A stretch of 64,000 nt of DNA, taken from assembly GCA_963758525.1 (NCBI GenBank), contig CAVWVQ010000003.1:4000001-4064000 (forward strand), in the 5' to 3' direction. This document shows, one piece after another, positions 42,018 to 53,483 of the stretch (its first letter is position 1; every line of letters begins with the position of its first letter). Below the pieces are notes generated by a model. It was not told the DNA's origin, did not search any database, and saw only the letters and a program-made list of their open reading frames with translations. The position numbers and the translations under genes were made by a program. Source of the DNA: an uncultured Phycisphaerales bacterium. GTDB taxonomy: Bacteria > Planctomycetota > Phycisphaerae > Tepidisphaerales > Tepidisphaeraceae.

Positions 42018-43772
42018 ATGTCCCTTGACAGCCGCTCTTGTGATTCATTGTTGAGGTTTGCACCAGTGAAGACGTGGCGAGACGCTTTTGGTCATTGGTT
42101 TGTTGTTGCGGCGTTGAGCGTTGCCGGTAGTTGTACCGCGTGGGCGGCAGGAGCGACGTCGGGAGATGACGGGGCGGTCCAATTGCTCAACGCGCGGCCC
42201 GAGAGCGCTGAGGCAAGGGACGCGCGCATGGCGTGGTGGCGGGAGGCGAAATTCGGCATGTTCATCCACTGGGGGCTTTATGCGATTCCAGCGGACGGAG
42301 AGTGGCATCTGCGGTCCCACCAGATGCCGGTGGCGGAGTATGCGAAGCTCGCCGCGCAATTCAATCCGACCCTGTTCAATGCGGATGAATGGGCGGGCAT
42401 CGCCCATGACGCGGGAATGAAGTATCTGGTGCTGACGACCAAGCACCACGACGGCTTTGCGATGTTTCACTCGCGGGCGAGCGATTTCAACATCTGCGAT
42501 GCCACGCCGTTCAAGCGCGATCCCCTGAAGGAACTTTCCGAAGCGTGTCCCCGGCACGACCTCAAGCTGGGCACGTACTATTCGGTGATTGCGGACTGGA
42601 GCCATCCGGGCGGCGGCGCGGGGTGCCCGAAATGGGATCACGCGGCGCAGGATGGCAGCATGGACGATTACATCAACAAGGTCTCATTGCCGCAGGTGCG
42701 CGAGCTGCTGACCAACTATGGGCCGATTGCGGTGATGTGGTTTGATTCCGACGGGGCGCGGCCGCAGACGATGGAGCAGGCATCACGCTACGTGCCGCTG
42801 TTGAAATTGCAGCCCAACATCATCGTGGATCCACGGCTGTTGTGGGTCCGGGGTGATTTTAATACTGCGGAAGGCCACATCCCGATGATCGCGCCGACCG
42901 GCGACTGGGAGCTCTGCGACCGGACCAACGGCAACTGGGGATACACGCACGCGCCAGCGAAGCCGCTGAAGAGCCTGCTGCACGAACTGGTGGAGGCGTG
43001 GGGCAAAGGGGGCAACGTGCTGTTGAATGTCGGGCCAACCGCCCAGGGCGTTATTCCGGCGGACTCGGTGGAGCGGCTGCACCAGATAGGCCAGTGGCTG
43101 AAAACCAATGGCCAGGCGATCTATGGCTCCAAGGCCGGCCCGTTTGAATATCTCCCGTGGGGGTGGACGACGCGCAAGGGAGACATGCTGTATCTGCATG
43201 TTTTTGACTGGCCGGCGGACGGACAACTTCGCCTGCCCTCGGACACGCCGATTGATAAGGCGTTCCTGCTGGCGCGTCCTGGCGAGGCGATTGCGGTGAG
43301 CGTCGCGCCAGGATTGACCACGCTGACGGTGCCCGCCGCGGCGCCGGATCCAAACGTCTCGGTGATTGCGCTGCAGATGAAGGGAGAGGTGAAACCGACG
43401 CTATCGCTGCTGCTGAACAAACCGGTGACCGCTTCGGAAGGACAGAAGGGAGCCGCGGCCGCGGTGGATGCCGACGACGCCAGCGCATGGCGGCTGGACA
43501 AGAGTACGCACGCCACCCTGGAAGTGGACATGGGCGCGCCAGAGACGTTTTCGGTGATGCGCCTTTCGACTCCGTTCACGAAGGCGCGGTCGATGCTCCT
43601 GGAGGTGCAGGAGGGAGGAGGCTGGAAAACGGTATATGCGGAGAAGCACCCGTCGGGAACGCAGTGGACGGTGCAGGTTCCCAAGACCCGCGGGCAGGTG
43701 GTGCGGCTGACGATCGATACGGCAGAGCCGGGGATTCGGGTGGCGGTGTTCGAGTTGTTTCCGCCGCTGTAG
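42018..43772 (+). CDS. GH29 alpha-L-fucosidase with a C-terminal F5/8 (CBM32-like) domain; start uncertain
   Basis: AKFGMFIHWG, TTKHHDGF, MWFD and GGNVLLNVGP. C-terminal KPVTAS..AAVD...LEVDMG. Confidence 0.9.
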   Translation: MSLDSRSCDSLLRFAPVKTWRDAFGHWFVVAALSVAGSCTAWAAGATSGDDGAVQLLNARPESAEARDARMAWWREAKFGMFIHWGLYAIPADGEWHLRSHQMPVAEYAKLAAQFNPTLFNADEWAGIAHDAGMKYLVLTTKHHDGFAMFHSRASDFNICDATPFKRDPLKELSEACPRHDLKLGTYYSVIADWSHPGGGAGCPKWDHAAQDGSMDDYINKVSLPQVRELLTNYGPIAVMWFDSDGARPQTMEQASRYVPLLKLQPNIIVDPRLLWVRGDFNTAEGHIPMIAPTGDWELCDRTNGNWGYTHAPAKPLKSLLHELVEAWGKGGNVLLNVGPTAQGVIPADSVERLHQIGQWLKTNGQAIYGSKAGPFEYLPWGWTTRKGDMLYLHVFDWPADGQLRLPSDTPIDKAFLLARPGEAIAVSVAPGLTTLTVPAAAPDPNVSVIALQMKGEVKPTLSLLLNKPVTASEGQKGAAAAVDADDASAWRLDKSTHATLEVDMGAPETFSVMRLSTPFTKARSMLLEVQEGGGWKTVYAEKHPSGTQWTVQVPKTRGQVVRLTIDTAEPGIRVAVFELFPPL

Positions 43773-44072
43773 AAATCGCGTATGGGTCCGAAGGCATGAT
43801 CAGTGGTGTTGTCTGGGTGGTGCTGCTCTCGAAGCCATTTACCTTGTGCGAAAGGCGGGCGGCCGTCGCACCGAAGGCAGTTGAACACGAGAGCGCAAAG
43901 CAGTAGCTACATCCAGCCAAGACAACGGACTTCGCTTTTTTATTTCATCAGTTCGAAGCACCGATATTTGCCCCGAAATCTGCCCCAGAACAGCGAGCCG
44001 CCAGAGATTCTGAACCTGCGACCTGTCGCCGCGGCGACCGTTCTGCGGACCGGTTCAACCACTGCCTTCTAA

Positions 44073-44146
<74 letters not shown>

Positions 44147-44395
44147 GACGTTTAGTCACAGTCTAGCGGCGAAGAGAACCGTTGCAACAAGTCGCCGCTT
44201 GAAGAGCGGCTGCCGCCGGGGGGATGGTCTCAGTCAGCCCTCGAAAGAGGATTTCAGTGAGCCGACGATGTGCGCTGAGGAATACAACACCGTCGCATGG
44301 GACGGCGAGACTTGGGGGCGGGCGCGGGTCGCTGCCGTCTGGTTAGGGAGGCGCATGGCGTTGCCTTTTTGGGTTGTACTCTTACCCTCGTACGC

Positions 44396-45304
44396 ATGAG
44401 CGATCTGAAGATTGGATTGATCGGCGGGAGTGGACTGGGGGATGCTCTTGGCTCGGGTCAGGAGGCGGTTGCGCACGAAGTGGAGACGCCGTTTGGGCCG
44501 CCGAGCTCGAAGATTCTGGAATCGACGTGGGAGGGGCTGTCGGTGCTGATGCTCTCGCGGCATGGGCCGGGGCATTTGTTGAATCCGACGCATGTGCCGT
44601 TTCGGGCGAACATTTTTGCGCTGAAGAAGCTGGGATGCACGCACATCATCGCGACGGGAGCGGTGGGATCGCTGCGCGAGGAGATGAAGCCGCGCGATCT
44701 GGTGATCGCGGATCAGGTGATCGACAAGACGTCGCGGCGAGCCAGCACGTTCTATGATCAGGCGGCGGTGCACGTGGATTTTGCCGAGCCGTTTTGCCCG
44801 GTGCTTCGGCAGATTCTCATGGAGGAGGGAGCGGCGTTGACGTCGCACGGCGTGCATGGCCGCGGCTGCTACGTTTGCATGGAGGGGCCGGCGTTTTCGA
44901 CGCGGGCGGAGAGCCTGATGCACCGGATGTGGGGCGGGGACTTGATCGGAATGACGGCCATGCCGGAGGCGAAACTGGCGCGGGAAGCGGAGATCAGCTA
45001 CGCGCTGGTCGCACTGGTGACGGACTATGATTGCTGGAAGCGTGCGGCTGCCGGCAGCGCGCCTGGCGCGGAGCTTCCCGATGCGGGCGAGTTGATGAAG
45101 GAAATCATTGCGAATCTGACAGCCGCGTCGGAGAATGCGATGGCCTTGATCCGCCGAGCCGTGGGGCGGATCGCGAAAGATCGGGACACGCTGCCTGCGT
45201 CCCCGGCACACGATGCACTGAAGCTGGGGATCTGGTCGGATAAAACGCGCATTGCGCCGGATGAGATCGAGCGCTTGATGCCGTTGTGGGGTAGATATTT
45301 CTAG
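44396..45304 (+). CDS. mtnP: S-methyl-5'-thioadenosine phosphorylase
   Basis: IGLIGGSG, TPFGPPS, RHGPGH, EGPAFSTRAES, GMTAMPEAKLAREAE and VTDYDCW. Confidence 0.93.
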   Translation: MSDLKIGLIGGSGLGDALGSGQEAVAHEVETPFGPPSSKILESTWEGLSVLMLSRHGPGHLLNPTHVPFRANIFALKKLGCTHIIATGAVGSLREEMKPRDLVIADQVIDKTSRRASTFYDQAAVHVDFAEPFCPVLRQILMEEGAALTSHGVHGRGCYVCMEGPAFSTRAESLMHRMWGGDLIGMTAMPEAKLAREAEISYALVALVTDYDCWKRAAAGSAPGAELPDAGELMKEIIANLTAASENAMALIRRAVGRIAKDRDTLPASPAHDALKLGIWSDKTRIAPDEIERLMPLWGRYF

Positions 45305-45496
45305 CCGAACGTCTCCCGAAATACGGGGAGACGATGATACTGAAGCGATCCGCGCAGCCGGCGAGATCTTGAAGCGCGGAAGCCGAGCAGCCATACGAGA
45401 TGAACTGGTGATCTATGGAGCTTTTTTCGAGCCGGGCTCGCGACGAAGCAGGTAGGGCAATCTCGCTGTTTCGATCATTACTCTGGTCGCCCTCGT

Positions 45497-45560
45497 GTAG
45501 GGCGGGATTCATCCCGCCTTCTGTTCGCAAGACAGGGAAGCACGGCGGGATGCATCCCTC
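45497..45560. repeat. GTAG-type REP doublet, family D (second arm degenerate)
   Basis: GTAGGGCGGGATTCATCCCGCC ... GGCGGGATGCATCCC. Confidence 0.7.
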
Positions 45561-45613
45561 TCCGCTCGAGGCTGCCAGCGAAACTCCTGTCTATGGAGAA
45601 GGCCCTCCGTTCG

Positions 45614-45716
45614 CCTCTCCCGGTATTCCGGGAGAGGGACAGGGTGAGGGTGATTTCGAGCACCGATGGCGCTCGACATTCCAAATCACCATCACCCCAA
45701 CCCTCCCCCGGAGTAC
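45614..45716. repeat. Family C palindromic element (degenerate)
   Basis: CCTCTCCCGGTATTCCGGGAGAGGG..GGGTGAGGGTGATTTCG ... AAATCACCATCACCCCAACCCTCCCCCGGAGTAC. Confidence 0.85.
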
Positions 45717-45754
45717 GACTCGACGAAGCTCGTCACGGGCCAGGGGAGGGGAAA

Positions 45755-48700
45755 ATGAGCTGCCGAAAACGCGGTCGTCGCTTGCACGTCAACGCCGTGC
45801 ACGCGGCCGGGGCTCTGCGCTCGTTTTGGTTCTTGCATACCTCATAGTGGCGTGTTTTGGCATCGTCGCGCCGGTGCAACGGGCTTGCGCAGGAACAGGT
45901 CGTTGCGAATACCCCGCCTGACGATCTTCCGTCGGCGGAGCAGCCGCAGGGTGTTTTTGTGCGGGAATCGGCGGCGGCGCTGGACACGTTTCAAAACGGG
46001 CAGCGAATGGAGCGATTGAAGGAGTGGGCCAAGGCCGCGGATTTTTATCAGGAGGTGATGGAGAAATATCGCGACCGGGTGATCCCCTCGGCGCAGGACG
46101 CGGATCATCACGCGACGCAATACGGCAGCATCGTGCAAATGGTGCAGGAGCAGCTTGCGAAGTGGCCGGCGGAAGGGCGCGACGTCTATCTGGCCCGGTA
46201 CGAAGTGCCCGCGGCGGCGCTGCTGAGCTCCGCCAAAGGGGTTGACGACACGGCGCTGCATCAGGTCTACGAACGCTATTTTGTCACTGAATCGGGAAAG
46301 GCGGCGGGTATCGCGCTGATGGACGGATATCTGGAGAACGGAGAGTTTCGCGCCGCGGCGAGCATCGGTGAGCGGCTCATCAAGTGGCATCCGGATATCG
46401 CGCCAAACGCGGCGGCGGTGCTCTACCGCACGGCGCTGGCCTATTTTTTTGCGGAGAATGCGCACGGCGCCATCTCAATCCTCGAGAAGCTGCAGGCGGA
46501 GCATCCGAACGATCGCGGAATCATTCGCGGCCAGGACGTGGTGCTGGTCGATTCGCTGCGTGCGGAATTCAAATCGAGCGCGGCGGCCGCCAATCATCCC
46601 AACGGCGATGCCGACGCCAACTCCTGGCCGATGGCGTGGGGCGATGCTTCCCGTTCGCGCATTTCGACGGCCCAGGGGAAGCCCGGAATCCGGCTGTTTA
46701 CCATCCCGCTCTCCAAGCCGCTCTATGCCAATTCGGCCGGCTTGCAACCCGCCCAGCGCGCGAGCCTGGAGCAGACGTTTATCCAGCAGGTGGCCCAGGG
46801 AAGCACGATCGGCGTGATGCCCGTGACGGATGACGGGGCGCTGTTCTTCCAGGACGGGCAGCGAATCTACGCTCGGAATCTCGACAGCAATCTCCCGTTG
46901 CCGGGCTGGTCGCAAACGTATCCGACGACCGGCGACTATCTGCTGCCCAACGCGGCCGGCTCTTCGCGAACAAGTCAATTGACGATCACGGTCACGCGGC
47001 ATGAGGTTCTGGCGGTGATGGGCCAGGCAGACCGCGAGGCGTTGTCGATGGGAATGCCCGGCCAGAGCGACCCCCGGCTGGTCTGCCTGGACCGCGACAC
47101 GGGCAAGGAAAAATGGGTTGCTTCTCCCAGCGCGTTTCCGGATTCGGCCGCGGCATTGCGCGACGTTCAGTTGACTGGCTCGCCCCTGGTCGTCGGGCAG
47201 AGCGTTCTGCTGCTCGGCCACGGGGGGTCTGCCAAGCAATTGCAATTTGACGACACCTACGTTGTCAGCCTTAGCCTGGCGACCGGCAAGTATCAATGGT
47301 CATGCTACATCGCCAGCGCCAATGTGGGCGGGTTGGCCGGTGTGTATTCGATTCTCGATGACAACAGTTCCCATCTGGCATATGCCGACGGGCTGGTCTT
47401 TGCGCAGACGAATCTCGGCGCGATCGCCGCGGTGGATCCGTTCAGCGAATCGCTGGTGTGGGTTGACATTTATCCAACGCGCGCCGGCAACGTGGAGGCG
47501 GCGAATCCTTTCCAGCCGATGCTCGGGCAGCAGCCGGCGGGAGGGCGACGGATGCCCTGGACGAGCAATCCGGTGATCGCGTCGCAAGGCAGGATTTTTA
47601 CGCTGCCGTCGCAGGGGAAGGATCTGCTGATTATCGATTCGATGACGGGCGCGCCGTTGAAGCGCATTGCACTCAGTGACATGAAGGATTGCGACACGTT
47701 GCTGGGAGTGGTGGGCGATCGCGTGATTCTCAGCGGAGAAAAAGCGGTGATCGCGATCGACTGGAAGCAATACGATCCGCGCACCTTCAAGAGCGACGAC
47801 CTGCACGACATTCACTTCGACTATTCCTCCATTCGGGGACGCGGTTTCGTCACCACCAATCGGATCTACATCCCCCTGAAAGACCGGCTCTACTGGCTCG
47901 ACCCGACCGCAAACATGGTGGTGGGGGCGTACCCCGCTTATCCGCGCGAGTGGGAAGACGGCCAGGGGCCTGGCAATGTGCTGGTGACAGACGATCACGT
48001 CGTCATCGCCGGTGCGACATCGGTCGACGTGTATACCGACCTTTCGGTGGCGCGGGGCAATCTCGATCAGTTGATCGCGTCCAACCCGTTGGATCCGGAG
48101 TTGAGGCTGCGCTACGCGGTGCTGATGTTTGGCGCCAAAGACGCCGACGCCACGCTCCAGCGGCTGGATGAGGCAATCGCTTTGATGGGCGGTCCCGCGA
48201 TGCTGCGCACTGGTCCGCAGCGCGATGAGCTGTTCGGGCATGCGATGAGTTTTGCTGGAAGCCTTGCTTCCGACGAGCGGCCGGGGATGCACGAGCGATC
48301 GCTGAAGTTTTACGAGCGTGCGGCGGTTGCCGCATCGACGCCGTTGCAGCAGGTCCGCTGCCGGCTCGACCGCGCGCAACTGGCCATCGCGATGAAAGAT
48401 CCGGGCACGGCGATCAAGGTGTATCAGGAAGTGCTGTCCGACGAGCGGCTGCGAACGGTTTCGCTGACGGACGCGCAGACGTCGTCGCCGACGCTGGCGG
48501 CGCTTCTGGCCGAGAAGGGGATCGCGGGAGTCATCAAAACGAATCCTGAAGCGTATGCGCCATTCGAACAGGCAGCGGCTGACGCGCTGGCCGACGCGAA
48601 GCGGGCGAGCGACGATCTTCCGGCGCGCCTGATGACGGTGGCCAAGACCTATCCCAATTCGTCGGTGGCGGCGCAGGCGATGCTCGCGGCGTCTGATGCC

Positions 48701-50590
48701 TATGAATCGGCGGGGAATCCGCGCATGGCGTTGCAGGTGGCACGGCAGCTTTATTTCCGCACGCCCGACGGCGCTGCGGATTTGCCGCGCATTCTGGAAA
48801 CGATGGCGCGCAACTATCTGGTGATTCCGGGCCGAACGGACGTGGTGATGGCGGCCGAGGCTCGGCTGGCACAAGGCGCGGCGCTGCCGGGCGATCCGAT
48901 GCTGGAAAAGCCGTTGCGGCTTCCGAACAACCAGATTCTCGAGCGCATGCATTTCTCGGAGGCGCTGGAACAGGTTCGCAAATACAGCGGCGCTGAAGCG
49001 ATCCGGAATCTACCTGATTTCCGGTTGCCGATGCCACGGCACATCACTCTGGCGGACGGGCGCAACGTGCGGATGAATCCGTTTCGTCCGGCCGGACCTG
49101 AGAGTGTGATCAACGACATTCAGTCTTTGGTGCGCCCGCTGCGCAATGTTGCGCGGACGGACCGGATCGTCGCGCTGGGCACCAATGGCAAGTTGCAGAT
49201 ATTCGCGCCCGGCCGCTCGCAGCCGCTGGCGCTTGCCGATGTTCCGGCGGACGAAGCGCCCAGCCGCTGCGCCTGGCTTGGGAACAACCTGCTCGTCTGG
49301 GGACCCGCGCAGATGTCGTTGTTTGCCGAGGACGGCGGCCCGGCGCTGTGGACGCTGAACGTGAGGCAGCTTCCGACAACGGAAGTCATCCATGGAGCCG
49401 ATCCGGCGCCAGCGCCGGCGCCGGTGGCTGACGCAAACGCCGCGATCATTTTCGCCGGAAATCGGCGGGGCATCATGATCCGCGGAAGAGGGAGGGTCAT
49501 CGTCAATCCGGGGATGATGCGGGTGATGGGCAATCCCGTCGTCGCGCCGCCGCCGCAGCCTGCCCAGGCCGCGCCGGAGCAGATGGTCGATGTGATCCCG
49601 GTGGGGGATCGCGTGTTGCTCTCGACGTCGGCCGGGCGAATCGTCTGCGCCGACCTGGCGCAGGGAGTTGTGGTCTGGCAGATGCGTCTGAGCGAACAAC
49701 CGATCGACCGCCTGGTGGCGAACGAGGATTTCACGGTCGCGCGCGTCACCGATGGAACATCGGTCCGGCTGGTGGCGATTGACACGTTCAGCGGGGAGCC
49801 GCGCGGCAGCAAGAGCTTCGTCGCCGGCGATAATCTGGCTACGCCGGTCAATTTAGCATTGTCGGCGGATGGGACGCTGGTCTACACGCTTCCCGACCGG
49901 CTGTGTTTGAAGAATCTCTACGCCCCATGGCCCGATCCATCGGACCGCGAGGTGATCGCCGGGTCGAACAGCACGCCGTATCGCGTCGGAGACGACTCCG
50001 CTTCACAACCCGATCAGCTTGTGATTGCCGAGGGGCGGATCCTCGCGCTGGCTGACGAGGGCACCCGGAAAGTCGTGCGCGTGCATTCGCTGGAGACGGG
50101 AAATCCCATTCCCCTGCGCTTCGCATCGCCGCAGGGAAACCAGCAGGTGGATCGCGTGCTGGATGCGGGCGCGACGTGGAAGGTGGCGCTGCGCGTGGTG
50201 GGGTCTCATCTGTATGTCATCGCCCCGGATATCGAGGCGTCATACAACCTCGATCAGCCGGCCGAGACGTGGGTGGAAACCCCGCGCGGCGATGCTGACA
50301 CTCGCGACATCATGATCGGGAAAAGGCACCTGGTGATCATCGTCGGGCCAGTCGCCGCCGAGAACGACAATCCGGGCGATCCGCCGACGTATATCGTGCG
50401 CATCATCGGCCTTTACCCCGCCACGGCCACGACGACGCAGGAGGCCGGCAAAATCGATTTCTTTCCAAGAGTGAAAGATCCGGGCGTCATGACCGGCGAC
50501 TGGCAGGGCGTCGACGGGGGATTCTGCTACCTCACCGCAGACCACAAGCTGCACGAATTGATGGGGGCGGCGGATGAAAACGGGAAGTGA
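45755..50590 (+). CDS. Large secreted PQQ-like beta-propeller / TPR protein (N-terminal frameshift; start uncertain)
   Basis: WPMAWGDASRS, LVCLDRDTGKEKW, TNLGAIAAVD and TPR-like helices. The signal peptide lies in an adjacent frame near 45810-45886. Confidence 0.8.
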
Positions 50591-50604
50591 CCGGGACGCC
50601 GTTT

Positions 50605-50925
50605 GAGAACCCGGGGTCAGGGTTCAGGGTGTCAGGGGTCAGGGTTCAGCGAAAAACCGGGGTAGGGTTCAGGGTGTCAGGGGTCAGGGTTCAGCGAAAA
50701 ACCGGGGTAGGGTTCAGGGTGTCAGGGGTCAGGGGTCAGCGAAAAACCGGGGTCAGGTTCAGGGTTCAGCGGAAAACCGGGGTCAGGGTTCAGGGTGTCA
50801 GGGGTCAGGGTTCAGCGAAAAACCAGGGTAAGGGTTTAGGGCGTCAGGGGTCAGGGTTCAGCGGAAAACCTAGATGCTGAACCCTGAACCCTGACACCCT
50901 GAACCCTTGAACGATCCTGAACCCT
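50605..50925. repeat. Higher-order G-rich minisatellite built from GGGTTCA heptamers, with an inverted arm
   Basis: Six units, five of 45-46 bp and one shortened, consensus GAAAAACCGGGGTCAGGGTTCAGGGTGTCAGGGGTCAGGGTTCAGC. They are followed by GCTGAACCCTGAACCCTGACACCCTGAACCC. Confidence 0.95.
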
Positions 50926-53191
50926 ACACGATTGAGATCTCGAGATCATTGAGCGTCAACTTCCTCGCGGCGATTAGTTTGGCCAGGGCAGTGGCGTCGG
51001 TGACGCGGGTGAACGAGAATGTCTGATTCTTGCTCAAATCCGTCAGGAACAGGTTCTGGATCGTATGGCCGGCGACGCCGAAGGCGGTTCCGCTGTTCTT
51101 GGTCTTGGTGGTGCCAAGCTGGAGTTTGCCGAGTGTCCACGCGGCGATGTTCGAGGCGGAATACCCCAGAACGTCCTTGCGGCCGGTCGACTTGACCGAA
51201 CCGATGCTGGCGTGTCCGGAAAAATCGCTCTCGACGCCCGGCAGCGCCGCGTTGGTCTCCAGCGAGCCGACGCCTGCGAAGATGTCGCTGGCGGAGATCC
51301 CGCGGGCAGTAATCGCCCCGATGTTTCCGGTGGAAATGATGTCGGCGTCGACGATCTCTCCCCTGACACGAAGCCTTGTGAGGTCGTCGCGCTTCGGCGT
51401 CAAAGCGCCCGTCAGGCGCAGCACGCCGCCGAGGCTGCCATCGATGCGGAGATTGCCGATGGAGGGGACTGACAGCGCGCCGTCCATGTCGCCGCGGAGG
51501 TGAAGGGACGGGATGGCGGCGGCGAACGTTCCGGAGAAGGTGGAGTCGATGCTCACGACGTTGAGCGTCGGCAGCTTGCCGTTGACGGTCCAGTCGCCGC
51601 CGATGGATCCGCGTACTTTGATTGCGCCCAGCGCGTGTGACGCGGCCGAGAGATTCAATCCGACGGAGAAGTTTCCCTTGGCAAAAACGCTCCTGATCGA
51701 CGGCGCGGTGATGACGACGGTCGGATCCTGATTGATCCAGTTCTCCACCTTGAGCGCATCGATCGGCGCGGCCGACGTGAACGATTCCTCGGCAAGCGTG
51801 GTGCCCTGGAACGACGTGCGGCCGCCGGATCCAACGGCGATGGTGCCGTCCTCCGCGGAGTCGACCTCGAGCGTGTGCACTGCGCCGCTTGCGGAGAGGT
51901 CGCCGACGAGCAAGGCATGATGCAGGCGGACCTGTGCGGCGCTGCCGGTGATCGTGACGTCGCCGATGGCGACGGATTGTTTGGCGGAAGCGGGGCCGTT
52001 GATGATGATTGATGAGCGGGCGGTCGTATCCGTGGCGGTGACGCCGTCCAGTTCCACATCCTGACCGCGCACCGCGCCTCCGCGGTAGACCAGTCCGGAG
52101 CCGGAGAACGTGGCGACGGTGCTGCCCGGGCCGCCGACAGAGAGCGTGCCGGAATTACCATTAAAATCCTGATAGGAGACCGCGTGAGGATGTCCCGCGC
52201 CGAGCTGGATATCCAGCGTCTGGGAGCCGACGACGTGAACGCGCAAGACCTGAGTGACGGAGGTTCCGCTGGGCCCGGTCGCGGTGACGGTGATGTGCGC
52301 AAAGCCGGTCCGGCCGGGAACGGCGCTGAGCGAAAGTTGCTCGCCGGTGATGCTGGTGGTGACCAGGCGGGTGTTGTCGCTGACCGCGGTGATTTGCAAT
52401 TGCGGAGCCGCCACGGTTTGCACTGAACTGACGTCGACCAGATTGCTGGGAGCGGTGCCGCCGCCGGCTGTCAGAAGGGGCAGATCCGTAAAGGAATTGG
52501 CGCCGATAGTCGCCGAGACTGTCGGAAGCGCGTTAATCGACTGGACGATATTCAAACCCTGAACGACATCGCCGAAAACCGTGAAGCCGCCATTTTGATT
52601 ATCGAGTGCCTGGGAATTGTCGGCGACGTTGAAGAAGTACTGGCTGGTGGCGCTGTTGGGATCGCCGGCGACCTTGGCCATGGCGATGGTGCCCAGGACG
52701 TTGGAGAAGACAGGCTCATTCTGCACCGGCGCGAAAGTCTGAATGGCGGCTCCGGTCGGGGTGAACCCGCCGCCCTGCACGACGAAGTCCGGGACCGATC
52801 GATGGATGATCGTGTTGTTGTAGAGGCCCTGATTGACATATTGCAGAAAGTTGGCAACCGTCAACGGCGTGTCTTTATTGAAGAGCTGAACTTCGACCGA
52901 GCCCAGCGAGGTGTCAAACTGCACGAACGTGCCCGTGGTTTGCGGGTCGGTGAAGTTTTGCGAAAGATCGACTGTTGTGGAGGTATTGGTTGTGGTCAGG
53001 GTGACGGGAGCGATCTGCTGCGTGACCGAGACGGACAGAAGCGTGCGCGATTCGAGGCACTCAACAGCAGCGGCCAGTCGCTCGCGCCGCGTCTTCTGCA
53101 AATCGCTGCAGATACTTTCGGCTGGAGCTTGAGACGTGTGATTGGCCGAGAGACGACGGAACGGGGGGATACGAAGCGCTGAAAATCGCAC
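50924..53191 (-). CDS. Exported cyclophilin-type peptidyl-prolyl isomerase with a LEPR-XLL motif and beta-rich C-terminus
   Basis: RBS GAGGAG plus GTG start. ECLESRTLLS, TPLTVANFLQY, IHRSVPDFVVQGG, GTIAMAK, SATSQYFFN and GGFTVFG. Confidence 0.88.
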   Translation of the reverse strand: MRFSALRIPPFRRLSANHTSQAPAESICSDLQKTRRERLAAAVECLESRTLLSVSVTQQIAPVTLTTTNTSTTVDLSQNFTDPQTTGTFVQFDTSLGSVEVQLFNKDTPLTVANFLQYVNQGLYNNTIIHRSVPDFVVQGGGFTPTGAAIQTFAPVQNEPVFSNVLGTIAMAKVAGDPNSATSQYFFNVADNSQALDNQNGGFTVFGDVVQGLNIVQSINALPTVSATIGANSFTDLPLLTAGGGTAPSNLVDVSSVQTVAAPQLQITAVSDNTRLVTTSITGEQLSLSAVPGRTGFAHITVTATGPSGTSVTQVLRVHVVGSQTLDIQLGAGHPHAVSYQDFNGNSGTLSVGGPGSTVATFSGSGLVYRGGAVRGQDVELDGVTATDTTARSSIIINGPASAKQSVAIGDVTITGSAAQVRLHHALLVGDLSASGAVHTLEVDSAEDGTIAVGSGGRTSFQGTTLAEESFTSAAPIDALKVENWINQDPTVVITAPSIRSVFAKGNFSVGLNLSAASHALGAIKVRGSIGGDWTVNGKLPTLNVVSIDSTFSGTFAAAIPSLHLRGDMDGALSVPSIGNLRIDGSLGGVLRLTGALTPKRDDLTRLRVRGEIVDADIISTGNIGAITARGISASDIFAGVGSLETNAALPGVESDFSGHASIGSVKSTGRKDVLGYSASNIAAWTLGKLQLGTTKTKNSGTAFGVAGHTIQNLFLTDLSKNQTFSFTRVTDATALAKLIAARKLTLNDLEISIV

Positions 53192-53384
53192 GCGTTGGCT
53201 CCTCAATCTGGTTAATCTGCTTGAGGACACGAAGTTACAAGCCCACGGCAGACTTGTCCACAAGCAGGATGCGCGCCCAACACGTCAATCGGCAGATAAC
53301 CGCGCGCTTCCCTACATTGGCGAGGGACCGAGCACGATTGAACCGGCTCAATCAATTTTTGAAGCCCTCCGAGGACGGTTCTCC

Positions 53385-53437
53385 GTAGCACAGCCGTCTC
53401 GGCTGTGATTTGGGGCGACAGCCGAGACGGCTGTGCT
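53385..53437. repeat. Family B GTAG-type REP doublet
   Basis: GTAGCACAGCCGTCTCGGCTGTGATTT ... ACAGCCGAGACGGCTGTGCT. Confidence 0.9.
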
Positions 53438-53483
53438 CGTAATTGCAATCGATTCCACGCGCTCGTACGCGTTACTTTAGAGT

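Noticed and set aside
50605..50870. CRISPR array
   Set aside because: Units are near-identical end to end with no unique spacers, and no cas genes are present.
50587..50880. Repeat-encoded ORFs (also 14922-15158, 33234-33752 and 61809-62132)
   Set aside because: These are translations of DNA repeats (GFRVQGS, PSPGTPGEG) with no independent coding evidence.
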